64,000 nt of DNA, from positions 64,001 to 128,000 of the forward strand of contig JAYZQJ010000014.1 in assembly GCA_036149055.1 (NCBI GenBank). Direction: 5' to 3'. The notes under the pieces were generated by a model. That model did not search any database. It saw only the letters and a list, made by a program, of their open reading frames with translations, and was not told the DNA's origin. Position numbers and translations under genes: made by a program. This document shows, piece by piece, positions 43,925 through 53,304 of this stretch. This DNA comes from Myxococcota bacterium. GTDB taxonomy: Bacteria > Myxococcota_A > Polyangia > Polyangiales > Sandaracinaceae. Within the stretch, counting starts at the first letter, position 1; every line of letters starts with the position of its first letter.

Positions 43925-46399
43925 GTGCGGTTCGGACACGCGCTGTGCCTGGTGGTCCTGACGGCGTGTGGGTCGCCGCCGCCGTCTCCGCCTCACGTGG
44001 ACGCCGCGACTTCTCCCGAGGCGCGCCCCGAGGCGGCCGCGGAGCCGCACGCGTGGTCGGGGGTCGGGTGCACGCGGAGCGGGTGTCACCTCGGGATCGA
44101 GCCGATCCGCGAGCCGCAGACCGAGATGATGCAGCAGATCTTCGCTCGCGGCGCCGAGGTCGGGGACGACGACGGCTGCGTGGTCTGCCACGGCGGGACG
44201 CCCGGCGCGGAGACCGCCGACGAGGCGCACGCCGGCACGCCGGAGGCGCTGGCCGCGGACGGGGGCCCGGACGACTTCTTCGCCGACCCCGCCTCCCCCT
44301 GGGTCAACGGCCGGAGCTGCGGCCCGTGCCACGCCGAGCACGTGCGCGCGCAGTGGACGAGCCTGATGATGACCGAGGCCGGCAAGATCCAGGGCACGGC
44401 CTGGGGCTTCGGCGGGCTCGAGGGCTACGACCACACGTGGGGCAACTACGATCGCGAGGTCGACCCGCACTTGTCGCTCGGCACCGAGGCCTATCGCGCC
44501 TACATGCAGGTCAAGCGCGAGGCGCACCCGAACGTCTTCCCCGACGCGCAGACGCGCCTCCCCGAGGCCCCCACCGCCGAGGAGGCCGCGGCCCACCCCG
44601 AGCGCGCCGCCTTCACCTACCTGCGCGCCGAGTGCCAGCGCTGTCACCTCGGCGTGCGCGGTCGATTCCGGCGCGGCGACTTCCGCGGCATGGGCTGCGG
44701 CGCCTGCCACGTGCCCTACGGCAACGAGGGCCTCTACGAAGGCGGCGACGAGACCATCGACGGCGCCGAGGAGGGTCACCCGCTCGTGCACAGCCTGCAG
44801 GCCACCCGCGACGCGGTCGTGACCGTGCACGGCGAGCGCTACACCGGCATCCCGGTCGAGACCTGCACCACCTGCCACAACCGCGGCAAGCGCATCGGCG
44901 TGAGCTACCAGGGCCTGATGGAGAGCGCCTGGGGATCCCCCTACACCGAGGGTGGCGGCGGGCAGCTCGACCTGCACAGCAAGCACTACATCGCGATGGA
45001 GGCGGACATCCACTTCCAGCGCGGCATGCTCTGCCAGGACTGCCACACGAGCCTCGACGTGCACGGCGACGGGCACCTCGCGGGCACGAACCTCGCGGCG
45101 GTCGAGATCGAGTGCAGCGACTGCCACGGCACGCCCGACGCCTACCCGTGGGAGCTGCCCCTCGGCTGGGGCGACGAGAACGAGCGCGGCGAGGCGGAGG
45201 GCCCGGCGCGCGGCGTCGCCACCGACATCCCCGAGATGTGGCGGCGGGGCGACGTGGGCCCGGCGCAGGACGGCTTCCTGTTGAGCGCGCGCGGCAACCC
45301 GATGCCCGACGTCGTGCGCGACGGCCGCGAGGTGATCGTGCGCACCGCGGGCGGTCGCGACCTCCGACTCCGTCCGCTCCGCGCCATCGCCGACGCGGAC
45401 GCGCTCGAGGCCGACGCCCGCGTCGCGATGGTGCACGTCGACCAGCACGTGCGCACGATGGAGTGCTACGCGTGCCACACGCAGTGGGCGCCGCAGTGCT
45501 ACGGGTGCCACATCGAGATCGACTACTCGGGCGGCAACCGGTCCTTCGACTGGGTGGCCGCCGGGAACCGACATCTCGAGGCGGACCTCCGGACCGCGCC
45601 CGACGAGCGGGACTTCGGCACCTTCCTCGCGGGCGAGGTCACCGAGATGCGCTCCTTCATGCGCTGGGAGGACCCTCCCCTCGGCCTCAACGGCGAGGGC
45701 CGCGTCACCCCGCTCATCCCCGGCTGCCAGACCACGGTCACGGTGATCGGCCCGGACGGCGAGGACGTGATCCGCAACCACATCTTCCGCAGCCCCGCCC
45801 ACACCGAGGGCGCCGGCGAGGAGGGCCAGCTCGGCATCGACATGAGCCCGGTGCACCCGCACACCGTCGGCCCGGCGCGCCCCTGCGAGAGCTGCCACGC
45901 CTCCGATCGCGCCGCGGGCTACGGCATCGGCGGCACGCGCCCCTGGGAGGACGGCGCGGTCGTCGACCTCACCACCGCCGACGGCCGGGTGCTCCCCCGA
46001 TCGGCGCGGCGGCAGATCGAGCCGATCGCGGGCCTGCGCGACTGGAGCGCGGTGGTCACCCGGGACGGCGAGCAGCTCCAGACGGTCGGCCATCACTGGC
46101 GAGGCTCGGGCCCGCTCGACGCGCGGCAGCGCGCCATCCTCGACCGCCGCGGCGTCTGCGTCGGCTGCCACCAGGAGATCCCCGAGGCGAGCCTCGCGGT
46201 CAGCGCCCTGCATCACGTCGCCGAGATGACCGGCCGGCTCCCCGAGACCGCGAGCGCGCACAACGCGTTGATCAACGAGGTGACGCTCACCGCCGCCTGG
46301 GCTCAGGTCCTCGCCGCCTTCGGCGCCGGCGCGCTGCTCGCCTCGGCCCTCCTCTGGTGGCGCCGCCGCCGGCATATGGCACGTAACGCTGACAGCTGA
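43925..46399 (+). CDS. multihaem c-type cytochrome lipoprotein
   Basis: 11 CxxCH motifs plus one CX4CH (CTRSGCH); lipobox LTAC; C-terminal TM helix. Confidence 0.92.
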   Translation: MRFGHALCLVVLTACGSPPPSPPHVDAATSPEARPEAAAEPHAWSGVGCTRSGCHLGIEPIREPQTEMMQQIFARGAEVGDDDGCVVCHGGTPGAETADEAHAGTPEALAADGGPDDFFADPASPWVNGRSCGPCHAEHVRAQWTSLMMTEAGKIQGTAWGFGGLEGYDHTWGNYDREVDPHLSLGTEAYRAYMQVKREAHPNVFPDAQTRLPEAPTAEEAAAHPERAAFTYLRAECQRCHLGVRGRFRRGDFRGMGCGACHVPYGNEGLYEGGDETIDGAEEGHPLVHSLQATRDAVVTVHGERYTGIPVETCTTCHNRGKRIGVSYQGLMESAWGSPYTEGGGGQLDLHSKHYIAMEADIHFQRGMLCQDCHTSLDVHGDGHLAGTNLAAVEIECSDCHGTPDAYPWELPLGWGDENERGEAEGPARGVATDIPEMWRRGDVGPAQDGFLLSARGNPMPDVVRDGREVIVRTAGGRDLRLRPLRAIADADALEADARVAMVHVDQHVRTMECYACHTQWAPQCYGCHIEIDYSGGNRSFDWVAAGNRHLEADLRTAPDERDFGTFLAGEVTEMRSFMRWEDPPLGLNGEGRVTPLIPGCQTTVTVIGPDGEDVIRNHIFRSPAHTEGAGEEGQLGIDMSPVHPHTVGPARPCESCHASDRAAGYGIGGTRPWEDGAVVDLTTADGRVLPRSARRQIEPIAGLRDWSAVVTRDGEQLQTVGHHWRGSGPLDARQRAILDRRGVCVGCHQEIPEASLAVSALHHVAEMTGRLPETASAHNALINEVTLTAAWAQVLAAFGAGALLASALLWWRRRRHMARNADS

Positions 46400-46421
46400 T
46401 CTTCTGACGGAGGCGCTGCCG

Positions 46422-47102
46422 ATGCACGACGACCACCGGGTGCTCTCACTCGCGCTCACCGCGGTCCTCGCGGTGGGCCTCCTACCTCGGCCGGCCAGCG
46501 CCGACGTCCTGCCGCCCGCGCCGGACGGCTGCCCGCCCGGCAGCGAGCCGGTCGCCTTCAAGGGCGGAGCCTTCTGCGAGCCTGCGCTCCCGGACGACTG
46601 CCCGGAGGGATACGAGCCCCGCGTGGTGCGCGACGTCGCCTACTGCGAGCCGCCGCCGGCCTCCCCGTGCCCGACGGGATCGCAGGCCCACAGCACCGGC
46701 CCCGACCGCCCGATCTGCGTGCTCCTCACCCCGTGCGACGAAGACCCCGCCGTGTGCGGCTCCTTCCAGTGTCGGCCGGCGAGCCTCTGCGTCGCCGACG
46801 GCCTGGTGCCGGGCCCGTTCGACGCGGAGCCCGTCCGCGATGGACGCGCGCATGGGCCGTGCGAGACGGACGCCGACTGCGCGTCCGGCCAGCGCTGCGA
46901 CACGACCCCACGCTGCGACCCGCCCACCCACCGCGCGGCGCCCGGCGGCCGAGCGCTGCCGACCCTCATCCGAGCCCGGGCGGAGCCGAGCTGGCTCTGG
47001 GCGTGGCTCCCCTGGCTGGCCGCTGGCCTCGCGCTGATGGGCGTCGCCGGCGCGATCGGCGTGGCGCGCGTCCGACGTCGACGCGGCGAATCCGCGGCCT
47101 GA
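46422..47102 (+). CDS. secreted Cys-rich protein with C-terminal membrane anchor
   Basis: Signal peptide (ASA-D), Cys-rich core, TM followed by RRRR. Confidence 0.7.
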   Translation: MHDDHRVLSLALTAVLAVGLLPRPASADVLPPAPDGCPPGSEPVAFKGGAFCEPALPDDCPEGYEPRVVRDVAYCEPPPASPCPTGSQAHSTGPDRPICVLLTPCDEDPAVCGSFQCRPASLCVADGLVPGPFDAEPVRDGRAHGPCETDADCASGQRCDTTPRCDPPTHRAAPGGRALPTLIRARAEPSWLWAWLPWLAAGLALMGVAGAIGVARVRRRRGESAA

Positions 47103-47133
47103 GCGAGCGAAGCACACCCAACAAACGCCTTGC

Positions 47134-47150
47134 GTGAACACCCGTTCATG
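47134..47150 (+). promoter_or_regulatory. putative LexA (SOS) box overlapping promoter
   Basis: TGAAC-ACCC-GTTCA palindrome directly after TTGCGT (-35-like), about 15 bp upstream of ATG 47164. Confidence 0.65.
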
Positions 47151-47163
47151 CTATGCGAGTTGC

Positions 47164-48513
47164 ATGGGGGCATTCATCGATCACGGTCCGTCGGCCGACA
47201 CCTCGCGGCACGAGGCGGACGACACCTTGCGGAGGCTCGGGCGCCTGCGGGCGGCGAGCGACTTCGAGCTCTGTCAGTGGTTCCTCTGCGGCTTCCGGCT
47301 GCGGGTCCACGACCTCTACGGCTTCGCCAGCTTCCGGGAGTACGCCGAGCGCTGGTTCGGCTGCCCGGGCCGCGCGACCGAGGAGCGGGTGCGGGTCGCG
47401 GAGCGGCTCGAGGACCTGCCGAAGCTCAGCGCCGCCTTCGCGGCGGGCGAGCTGGTCTTCTCCGCGGTGCGCGAGCTGACGCGGGTGGCCGACCCGGAGA
47501 CCGAGGCCGAGTGGCTCGAGGTCGCGGACGGCAAGACCGCGTCGCAGATCGAGCGCATGACCTCGGGCAGGCGCCCCGGGGACCGGCCGAGCGAGCCGGC
47601 GCGGCCGGAGCTGCAGCGCAAGCGGGTGACGCTGAACCTCTCGCCCTCGGCCTACGCGCTGCTGCGGCAGGCGCGCGACGTACTACGCAAGGAGAGCGGC
47701 GGCGCCCACCTCGACGACGACGCGTTCGTGGAGCTGCTCGCGTCGGGGGCGCTCTCCGGCGGGGGCGAGGCCGACGCGTCGCGGAGTCGGCACCAGATCG
47801 CGCTGACGGTGTGCGAGTGCTGCAAGGCCGCCACCCAGGACGCCAACGGGGAGCAGGTGCCGGTCGGCCCCGAGGTGGTCGCGCGGGCCGAGTGCGACGC
47901 GCAGATCATCGGCCGCGTCGACGGGGCGGGCGACTACGAGCGCGCGAGCCAGGTGATCCCGCCGGCGGTGCGCCGCGCGGTCGTGCGCCGCCACCACGGG
48001 GTCTGCGCGGTGCCCGGCTGCCGGCACACGAGCTGCGACGTGCACCACTGCGACCCGAAGTCGGAGGGCGGCGACCACGATCCCGAGCGGCTGATCTTCC
48101 TCTGCGGGACGCACCACGGGCTCGTCCACGACGGCAAGCTGGTGGTCCGCGGCACCTGGTCCGAGGGCTTCGGCTTCGAGCACGCGGATGGGACCGCGTA
48201 CGGCTCGCCGAAGGTGGAGCCGAAGAAGGTCCGCGTGCTGGCCGAGGTGTTCCAGATGCTCCGGGCGCTGAGCTTCCGGGAGAAGGAGGCCCGCCGGCTG
48301 GTGGACCAGGCGCGCCCTCACGTGGGGGCCGAGACGACGGCCGAGCAGGCGCTGCGGATCGCGCTCCGGTCGGTCCCGCTCGCCGGCGGGGTGAGGGAGC
48401 CGACAGCCCGATACGGCGAGGGGTGGAGCCAGAGAACAGCCCCCACGTGGGGGTTCGTCCGGGTCGGTGAGGGCGCGGCGCGCACGGGAGCGACGGCGTA
48501 CGCGGTGGGCTGA
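47164..48513 (+). CDS. DUF222/13E12-like HNH endonuclease with RuvA-C-like tail
   Basis: CAVPGC..DVHH..GGDHDPERLIFLCGTHHGLVH; YGFASFREYAER; LPKLSAAFAAGEL; LRALSFREKEARR. Confidence 0.85.
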   Translation: MGAFIDHGPSADTSRHEADDTLRRLGRLRAASDFELCQWFLCGFRLRVHDLYGFASFREYAERWFGCPGRATEERVRVAERLEDLPKLSAAFAAGELVFSAVRELTRVADPETEAEWLEVADGKTASQIERMTSGRRPGDRPSEPARPELQRKRVTLNLSPSAYALLRQARDVLRKESGGAHLDDDAFVELLASGALSGGGEADASRSRHQIALTVCECCKAATQDANGEQVPVGPEVVARAECDAQIIGRVDGAGDYERASQVIPPAVRRAVVRRHHGVCAVPGCRHTSCDVHHCDPKSEGGDHDPERLIFLCGTHHGLVHDGKLVVRGTWSEGFGFEHADGTAYGSPKVEPKKVRVLAEVFQMLRALSFREKEARRLVDQARPHVGAETTAEQALRIALRSVPLAGGVREPTARYGEGWSQRTAPTWGFVRVGEGAARTGATAYAVG

Positions 48514-48556
48514 GAGCCGCGACTGCCCTCAGATGGTGTCCCGGTGCCTCCCGGGC

Positions 48557-48686
48557 GGTCCGGGACTACCGCTTCGGTCTTCCCGTAGGCTCCCAAGTGA
48601 TCCCGAACGACCCGCGGGGCCTTCCCGTAGGCTCCGATGTGGTCCCAACTACCGACGAAGCCTTCGCGAAGGCTCGCAGGTGATTC
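48557..48686. repeat. three degenerate 41-42 bp tandem repeats
   Basis: Core cttcccgtaggctcc at 48579 and 48621, cttcgcgaaggctcg at 48662. Confidence 0.7.
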
Positions 48687-48918
48687 CGCGAGGCCGAGCG
48701 CGTGGCCGAGCGCCGCGGCGCCAAGCCCCGTGACCCGGCCGAGCCGAGCGAGCGGGGCGCCTCGTCTCGCATTCGGAGACTCCGACCTGCCCCTTCCTCA
48801 CCAGCGCTCCGTCGCCCACGGCGCCAGCGGGCCCGTCACTTCGACCTGCATTCGAGAAGGGAACCTGTCAGCGCCTGCGTCGACCGTGGCTCTCGTCGTT
48901 CGAGCTTTCTCATGGACA

Positions 48919-50034
48919 TCAGAGCGCGCGAAACGTCCCGCCTTCGTACGAGATGACGTCGACGGCTCCGCAGCCGCCCCGCTCACCCTCTGAGATCAAG
49001 GCCACCACGAAGCCCTCTCCATGAGGCTGCAGCGCGGCCACATGGAGGTCGGGGCGCACCGAGCTCCAGTCGGCGAGCGCTTCCGCGCGGCCGGCGCGGA
49101 GCTCGCCCAGCGAGTGCTCGAGCGCATAGAAAACTCGACCACCTTCCGTGGCTGCGACCGAGACGACTGACCCCGCTCCGACGCGGACGCTCTGCCACCC
49201 TCCCCATCCATCGTGGGTGGCGACTCTGCCGTCGGCACTCCCGAGAACCAGAGAGTCTCGACCCGACATCCACATGGCCGAGATTGGCGGAGAGACCGGG
49301 ACGTCCGAGCGCGGCGCGAGGAGGCCCACGCCACCCGCGCTCGCCAGCACCGCAGCGTCGGTCACTACGTACTGCAGCGTTCGGTCTCCCCACAGCCCGA
49401 GCACGACGCGGGGGGCTGGGCCCTCGACCGAGAAGCGGTAGAGCCGGCCCTCGTCGTCGGTCACGGCGCCGCCGCGCTCGTCCATGAGAATGCCCTCCAT
49501 CGCGAAGGGCGACCGGCCGTCCCCGACAGCGAGCAGCCACAGCTCCCCGCGCCCGGACTGCATGACCGCCGCGCCTCGCCGACGGGTCCTCGGCGGCCAG
49601 GTGCCCAAGCAAACCGTGTTGCCGGCCTCCTCGACCCTCGTGACACCGCACTCGGTGGGCCAGAGCAGGTGGCCACCCTCCACCTGACGGACGCTTCGCA
49701 CGTCGGGGCCGATGTCCCCGGACGTGAGGCGCGTTTCCCAGCGACCGCCTCGACGAACGGCGAGCTCCGTCGTCGTACGCCCTTCGCGCTCCGCCCGGGT
49801 CAGCACCGCAACCTGGTCGCCGTCCGAGCTGAGACCGACCGCCTGGGCGATGCCGGGCAGGCCGCAGTAGGCTCCTCCACGGTCGACACCGGGAAGCGGG
49901 GACTCCCACGCGCTCGCCGCGTCGAGCAGGGAGGCGTCGACGGATCCGTGGCTGCTCGAGCACGCCGCCAGCAGAGACAGCAGCACTGGGAAGCCGCGAG
50001 CTCGCCGCTCAGAACCGGCGGAAGCGTGTGCCAT
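48919..50034 (-). CDS. hypothetical lipoprotein (beta-propeller-like)
   Basis: Lipobox LAAC; atypical codon usage; resembles upstream neighbour. Confidence 0.6.
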   Translation of the reverse strand: MAHASAGSERRARGFPVLLSLLAACSSSHGSVDASLLDAASAWESPLPGVDRGGAYCGLPGIAQAVGLSSDGDQVAVLTRAEREGRTTTELAVRRGGRWETRLTSGDIGPDVRSVRQVEGGHLLWPTECGVTRVEEAGNTVCLGTWPPRTRRRGAAVMQSGRGELWLLAVGDGRSPFAMEGILMDERGGAVTDDEGRLYRFSVEGPAPRVVLGLWGDRTLQYVVTDAAVLASAGGVGLLAPRSDVPVSPPISAMWMSGRDSLVLGSADGRVATHDGWGGWQSVRVGAGSVVSVAATEGGRVFYALEHSLGELRAGRAEALADWSSVRPDLHVAALQPHGEGFVVALISEGERGGCGAVDVISYEGGTFRAL

Positions 50035-51199
50035 CGAACCAGATCACCATGGCGGGACCGCACTCGTACTCGGTGAAGCGGACGTCGAGGAGCGCCAGGT
50101 AGACCTCGCCGGTCTCCCGGTCACCCGCGATGTCCTCGAACCGATGATCTCGACGCTCACCACCGACGGTGGCGATGACCTCGATCCGACCATCCGCGTG
50201 CACCCGGCCGAGCTCGTACACCCGGATGTAGTAGAGCGCATCGCCGTCGTGCCATAGCCGGATCGGCGCGCCCTCCGGGAACTCGGCCGTGACCTCTGCC
50301 ACGCCCTCGACGTACCGGGTGATCCCATCGGAGGACGCAACCCAAACAGCGCCTCCTGGCTCGGTGGCCATCCCGAGGTAGGTCTGGCCACCGGCCGAGA
50401 GCACCCGCGAGAACGATCCATCGACCTGGCCTTCGTAGAGGCTGTGGGTGGTCAACGCGTAGACGCGGTCGCCTTCGCGCACGACCTCGATCGGCTGCTC
50501 CGGCACCTCGAGCGCCTGGACGACTCGCGTGGACCCGTCAGCCTCCAGCCGCCGCAGCTCCTCTCCCAGCAGGAGCCAACCCGTCACCCCATCCTCGGCG
50601 ATGGCCGCCGAGTGCACACGCTCCTGGTCGAAGAGGCAGCGCGGGGTGGACGCGCCGTCGAGATCCAGCAACGGACACGCCGTGGAGTCCACCGCCCAGA
50701 GCGCGTCGCCCACGGGCGCCGCCAGCCCGCGCGGGGGCTCGCTCCCCGGCTCCCGGGGCGAAGCGAACCACGTCACCCAGCCGGTCCCGTCGTTGTGGAG
50801 CACGCTGGCCCCGTCACGGAAGGGCGAGAATCCTCCGAAGGTGTCGTTGTGGACCGAGAGCAGCAGGAACACCCCGGCCTCGCCGGCGACGAGCCGCACG
50901 GGGGCGTCGGCGCTCGGGATCCCGGCGTAGGCGGAGCAAGCCGGCGCCGTGCTCTCCCTCCAGCCCACCCCGTCCTCCAGCTCGATCCCGTCGGGTATCC
51001 AGGTCGGGGCGGGGGGCGGGTCCGGATAGACGCGGGGCCCCGAGTCCAGCAGCTCGGCGTCCACCGGTGCCCGCCTCCCGGAATCGAGGTCCGCGTCAGC
51101 GCCCCCGCCGTCCACGACGCTGTCGGCCCCACAACCCATCGCACCGATGATGGCTGCCGAGAAGAGCGCCACCCCGGAGAGTCGCTGCGTACCTGCCAT
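50009..51199 (-). CDS. hypothetical lipoprotein (beta-propeller-like)
   Basis: Starts MAGTQRLSG, lipobox AMGC; beta-rich repeats. Confidence 0.7.
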   Translation of the reverse strand: MAGTQRLSGVALFSAAIIGAMGCGADSVVDGGGADADLDSGRRAPVDAELLDSGPRVYPDPPPAPTWIPDGIELEDGVGWRESTAPACSAYAGIPSADAPVRLVAGEAGVFLLLSVHNDTFGGFSPFRDGASVLHNDGTGWVTWFASPREPGSEPPRGLAAPVGDALWAVDSTACPLLDLDGASTPRCLFDQERVHSAAIAEDGVTGWLLLGEELRRLEADGSTRVVQALEVPEQPIEVVREGDRVYALTTHSLYEGQVDGSFSRVLSAGGQTYLGMATEPGGAVWVASSDGITRYVEGVAEVTAEFPEGAPIRLWHDGDALYYIRVYELGRVHADGRIEVIATVGGERRDHRFEDIAGDRETGEVYLALLDVRFTEYECGPAMVIWFDGTRFRRF

Positions 51200-51204
51200 C
51201 ACGC

Positions 51205-52620
51205 TCAAGGCGCGTGCTCGCGGGCGCCGATGTCGTGCACGGCCACGCCGTCCCCGTCCCCGTCGATGGGGCGGGGATCGCCGGAGACGTCGACCGCGAC
51301 CACGTAGCCCGTGTCGGCCGCGTCGACGGGGGCGACGCCGGAGCGCAGGCGCAGGTCGCCGGCCACGACGTCGACGAAGGGGGAGACGTCGAGCCGGAGG
51401 TTGTGCGCCTCCTCGTCGGGCGTCGGGCCGTCGTAGGTGGCGCCGACGAAGCCGTAGTAGAGGTTGTTCACCACGCTCCAGCGAGGGTCGTGGCCGTCGG
51501 AGCTGTTGTTCCAGAACGCGTAGGCGCGGCGGGCAGACGGCGCCCCGGTGATCGTGTTGTAGGTGAAGCGATAGAAGCTGTTCCGGGCGTCGTCGCGCTC
51601 GAGGTCGAGGCACTGGATCAGGTAGACCGCGGCGCCGGCGACCGAGAACAGCTCGTTGTTGCGGACCAGCGCGGTGACCCGGGTGCCGCGCGCGGCGGGC
51701 GTGGTGCCGCAGAACCCGCCGGAGCCGATCAGCAGCTCGATCGGTTCCGTCAGCGCGCTCCCACCCCGTGGCTCGAACCGGTTGCGCTCGACCGTCACCG
51801 CGTAGGTGGACGCGGGGGCGGTCTGCCGGACGCCGCCGAGGAAGCGGATGCCGCGCCCGGAGACGCAGCGCGAGTCTTCCATCGTCAGGCTGCCGCCGCG
51901 CCACGCCAGGCTGGTGTGCAGACAGTACGAGGAGCCCCCCGGCATGCGAATGTCCAGACGCGAGAGGTGCAGCGACCAGTCGCTCGCGATGTTGATCTGG
52001 CGACCCGCGCAGCTCCCGCCCCCGAGCGGGCAGGTGTGGATGCCCTCGTTCCGCGTCCCCTCGAGCGTGAAGTCGGCGAGCCGCGTCGCGGTGGGGTCGG
52101 GGTCGTCGAGGTCGCGGACGCTGATCTCGCCGCGCACGATCGTCGCCGGGCCCTCCCCGACGACCGCGACGTGAGGGCGAAGCGAGAAGGCGGCGTCGTG
52201 CGTCCCGGCGCGCACGCACACGACGCCCGGGCTCGGCGCCGCCGCGACCGCGTCCGGGATCGTGGCGTGATCGTCGGGCACGACCAGGTCGCAGGGGTAG
52301 GCGAACATCGGCCCCGCATCGACCCCGGCGTCGACCGCCCCGGAGTCGCCTGCCCCAGCGTCGATGCCCCCCGAGTCGCTCGCTCCGCCGTCGACGGCCC
52401 CGGCGTCGACAGCCCCGGAGTCCACGGCCCCGGAGTCGACCGCGCTCGCGTCCCGGCCGCCCGCGTCCAGTCGTCCCCCGTCCCACTCCGTGACCGACCC
52501 ATCGACGAGCCCCGCATCCGAGGTCGCGCCCGCGTCCCCGCTCGCCTCGCCGTCGCAGCCGGCCAGCAACGTCACCAGCGCGAGCGCCCACGGCGCGGCC
52601 CATCGTGTTCTCACCTGCAT
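51205..52620 (-). CDS. right-handed beta-helix lipoprotein with choice-of-anchor-Q-like tail
   Basis: Lipobox LAGC, D(S/A)GAV linker, VPDDHATIPDAV, NN repeats, DVSGDPRPIDGDGDG..DIGARE. Confidence 0.8.
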   Translation of the reverse strand: MQVRTRWAAPWALALVTLLAGCDGEASGDAGATSDAGLVDGSVTEWDGGRLDAGGRDASAVDSGAVDSGAVDAGAVDGGASDSGGIDAGAGDSGAVDAGVDAGPMFAYPCDLVVPDDHATIPDAVAAAPSPGVVCVRAGTHDAAFSLRPHVAVVGEGPATIVRGEISVRDLDDPDPTATRLADFTLEGTRNEGIHTCPLGGGSCAGRQINIASDWSLHLSRLDIRMPGGSSYCLHTSLAWRGGSLTMEDSRCVSGRGIRFLGGVRQTAPASTYAVTVERNRFEPRGGSALTEPIELLIGSGGFCGTTPAARGTRVTALVRNNELFSVAGAAVYLIQCLDLERDDARNSFYRFTYNTITGAPSARRAYAFWNNSSDGHDPRWSVVNNLYYGFVGATYDGPTPDEEAHNLRLDVSPFVDVVAGDLRLRSGVAPVDAADTGYVVAVDVSGDPRPIDGDGDGVAVHDIGAREHAP

Positions 52621-52650
52621 CGGCGCTCCATCCTCGCTCAGGCAGCGACG

Positions 52651-53166
52651 TCAGTCGAACGCGGCGCGGAGGGTGAAGGAGGAGCCCCGCAAGGTGAGAG
52701 GCAGCTCTACTCTTCCGCCATCCGTAGCGGCGAGAGATGCGCGGGCGAGCGGCCCCGAGGGGATCAGCCAGGTCTCCGCTTCCGGGTCGAGCCTGCCGCG
52801 GTCGACCAGGGCGCGCGCCTTCGTCTCGAGCGCGACCCACCGGACGCGCGCGGCCTCGATGTCGTCTTCGCTGACCGCGACCTCCTCCCCGACGCTCGCG
52901 TCGACTCTGGCCCGCGCGACCACGATCCCCAGGCACCCCAGGACGCTCTCCTCCGGGCCGCGGCGGGTGCGGCCTCCTTCCGGGATGAGCGCCAGGTCGG
53001 GTAGCTCGGCCATGACGCGCTCCGCCAATCGGTGCGCGTCTGCGTGGGCTAGCTCGACGGTGACGCCGAACACGAGGAACGCCTCGGGGGCGCCGTCGAA
53101 CCCGGGCGGGCTCGCCATGGCCTCCAGCGTGCGTCGCTCGCCCTCGTCGACCGCCTTCCCGCTCAT
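52651..53166 (-). CDS. hypothetical protein
   Basis: GAGGAGG RBS before ATG 53166; no recognisable motif. Confidence 0.5.
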   Translation of the reverse strand: MSGKAVDEGERRTLEAMASPPGFDGAPEAFLVFGVTVELAHADAHRLAERVMAELPDLALIPEGGRTRRGPEESVLGCLGIVVARARVDASVGEEVAVSEDDIEAARVRWVALETKARALVDRGRLDPEAETWLIPSGPLARASLAATDGGRVELPLTLRGSSFTLRAAFD

Positions 53167-53304
53167 CTCACGACCTCCTCGGGCGAGCCTGCGCCAGAGC
53201 GACACGCCCCCGCACGCGAGCGGCGGAATCTGCGGCATCGACGGCGCCTATCGCGTCATCGGGCACGCCTGGCCTTCGCGCCCTGGATTCGGCACCCTCC
53301 GCGC

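Noticed and set aside
46377..46392. TGGCACG as a sigma54 -24 element upstream of 46422
   Set aside because: No GC at the required -12 position
48557..48686. Possible mini CRISPR array
   Set aside because: Whole units are degenerate copies with no unique spacers, the period is too short, and no cas genes are present
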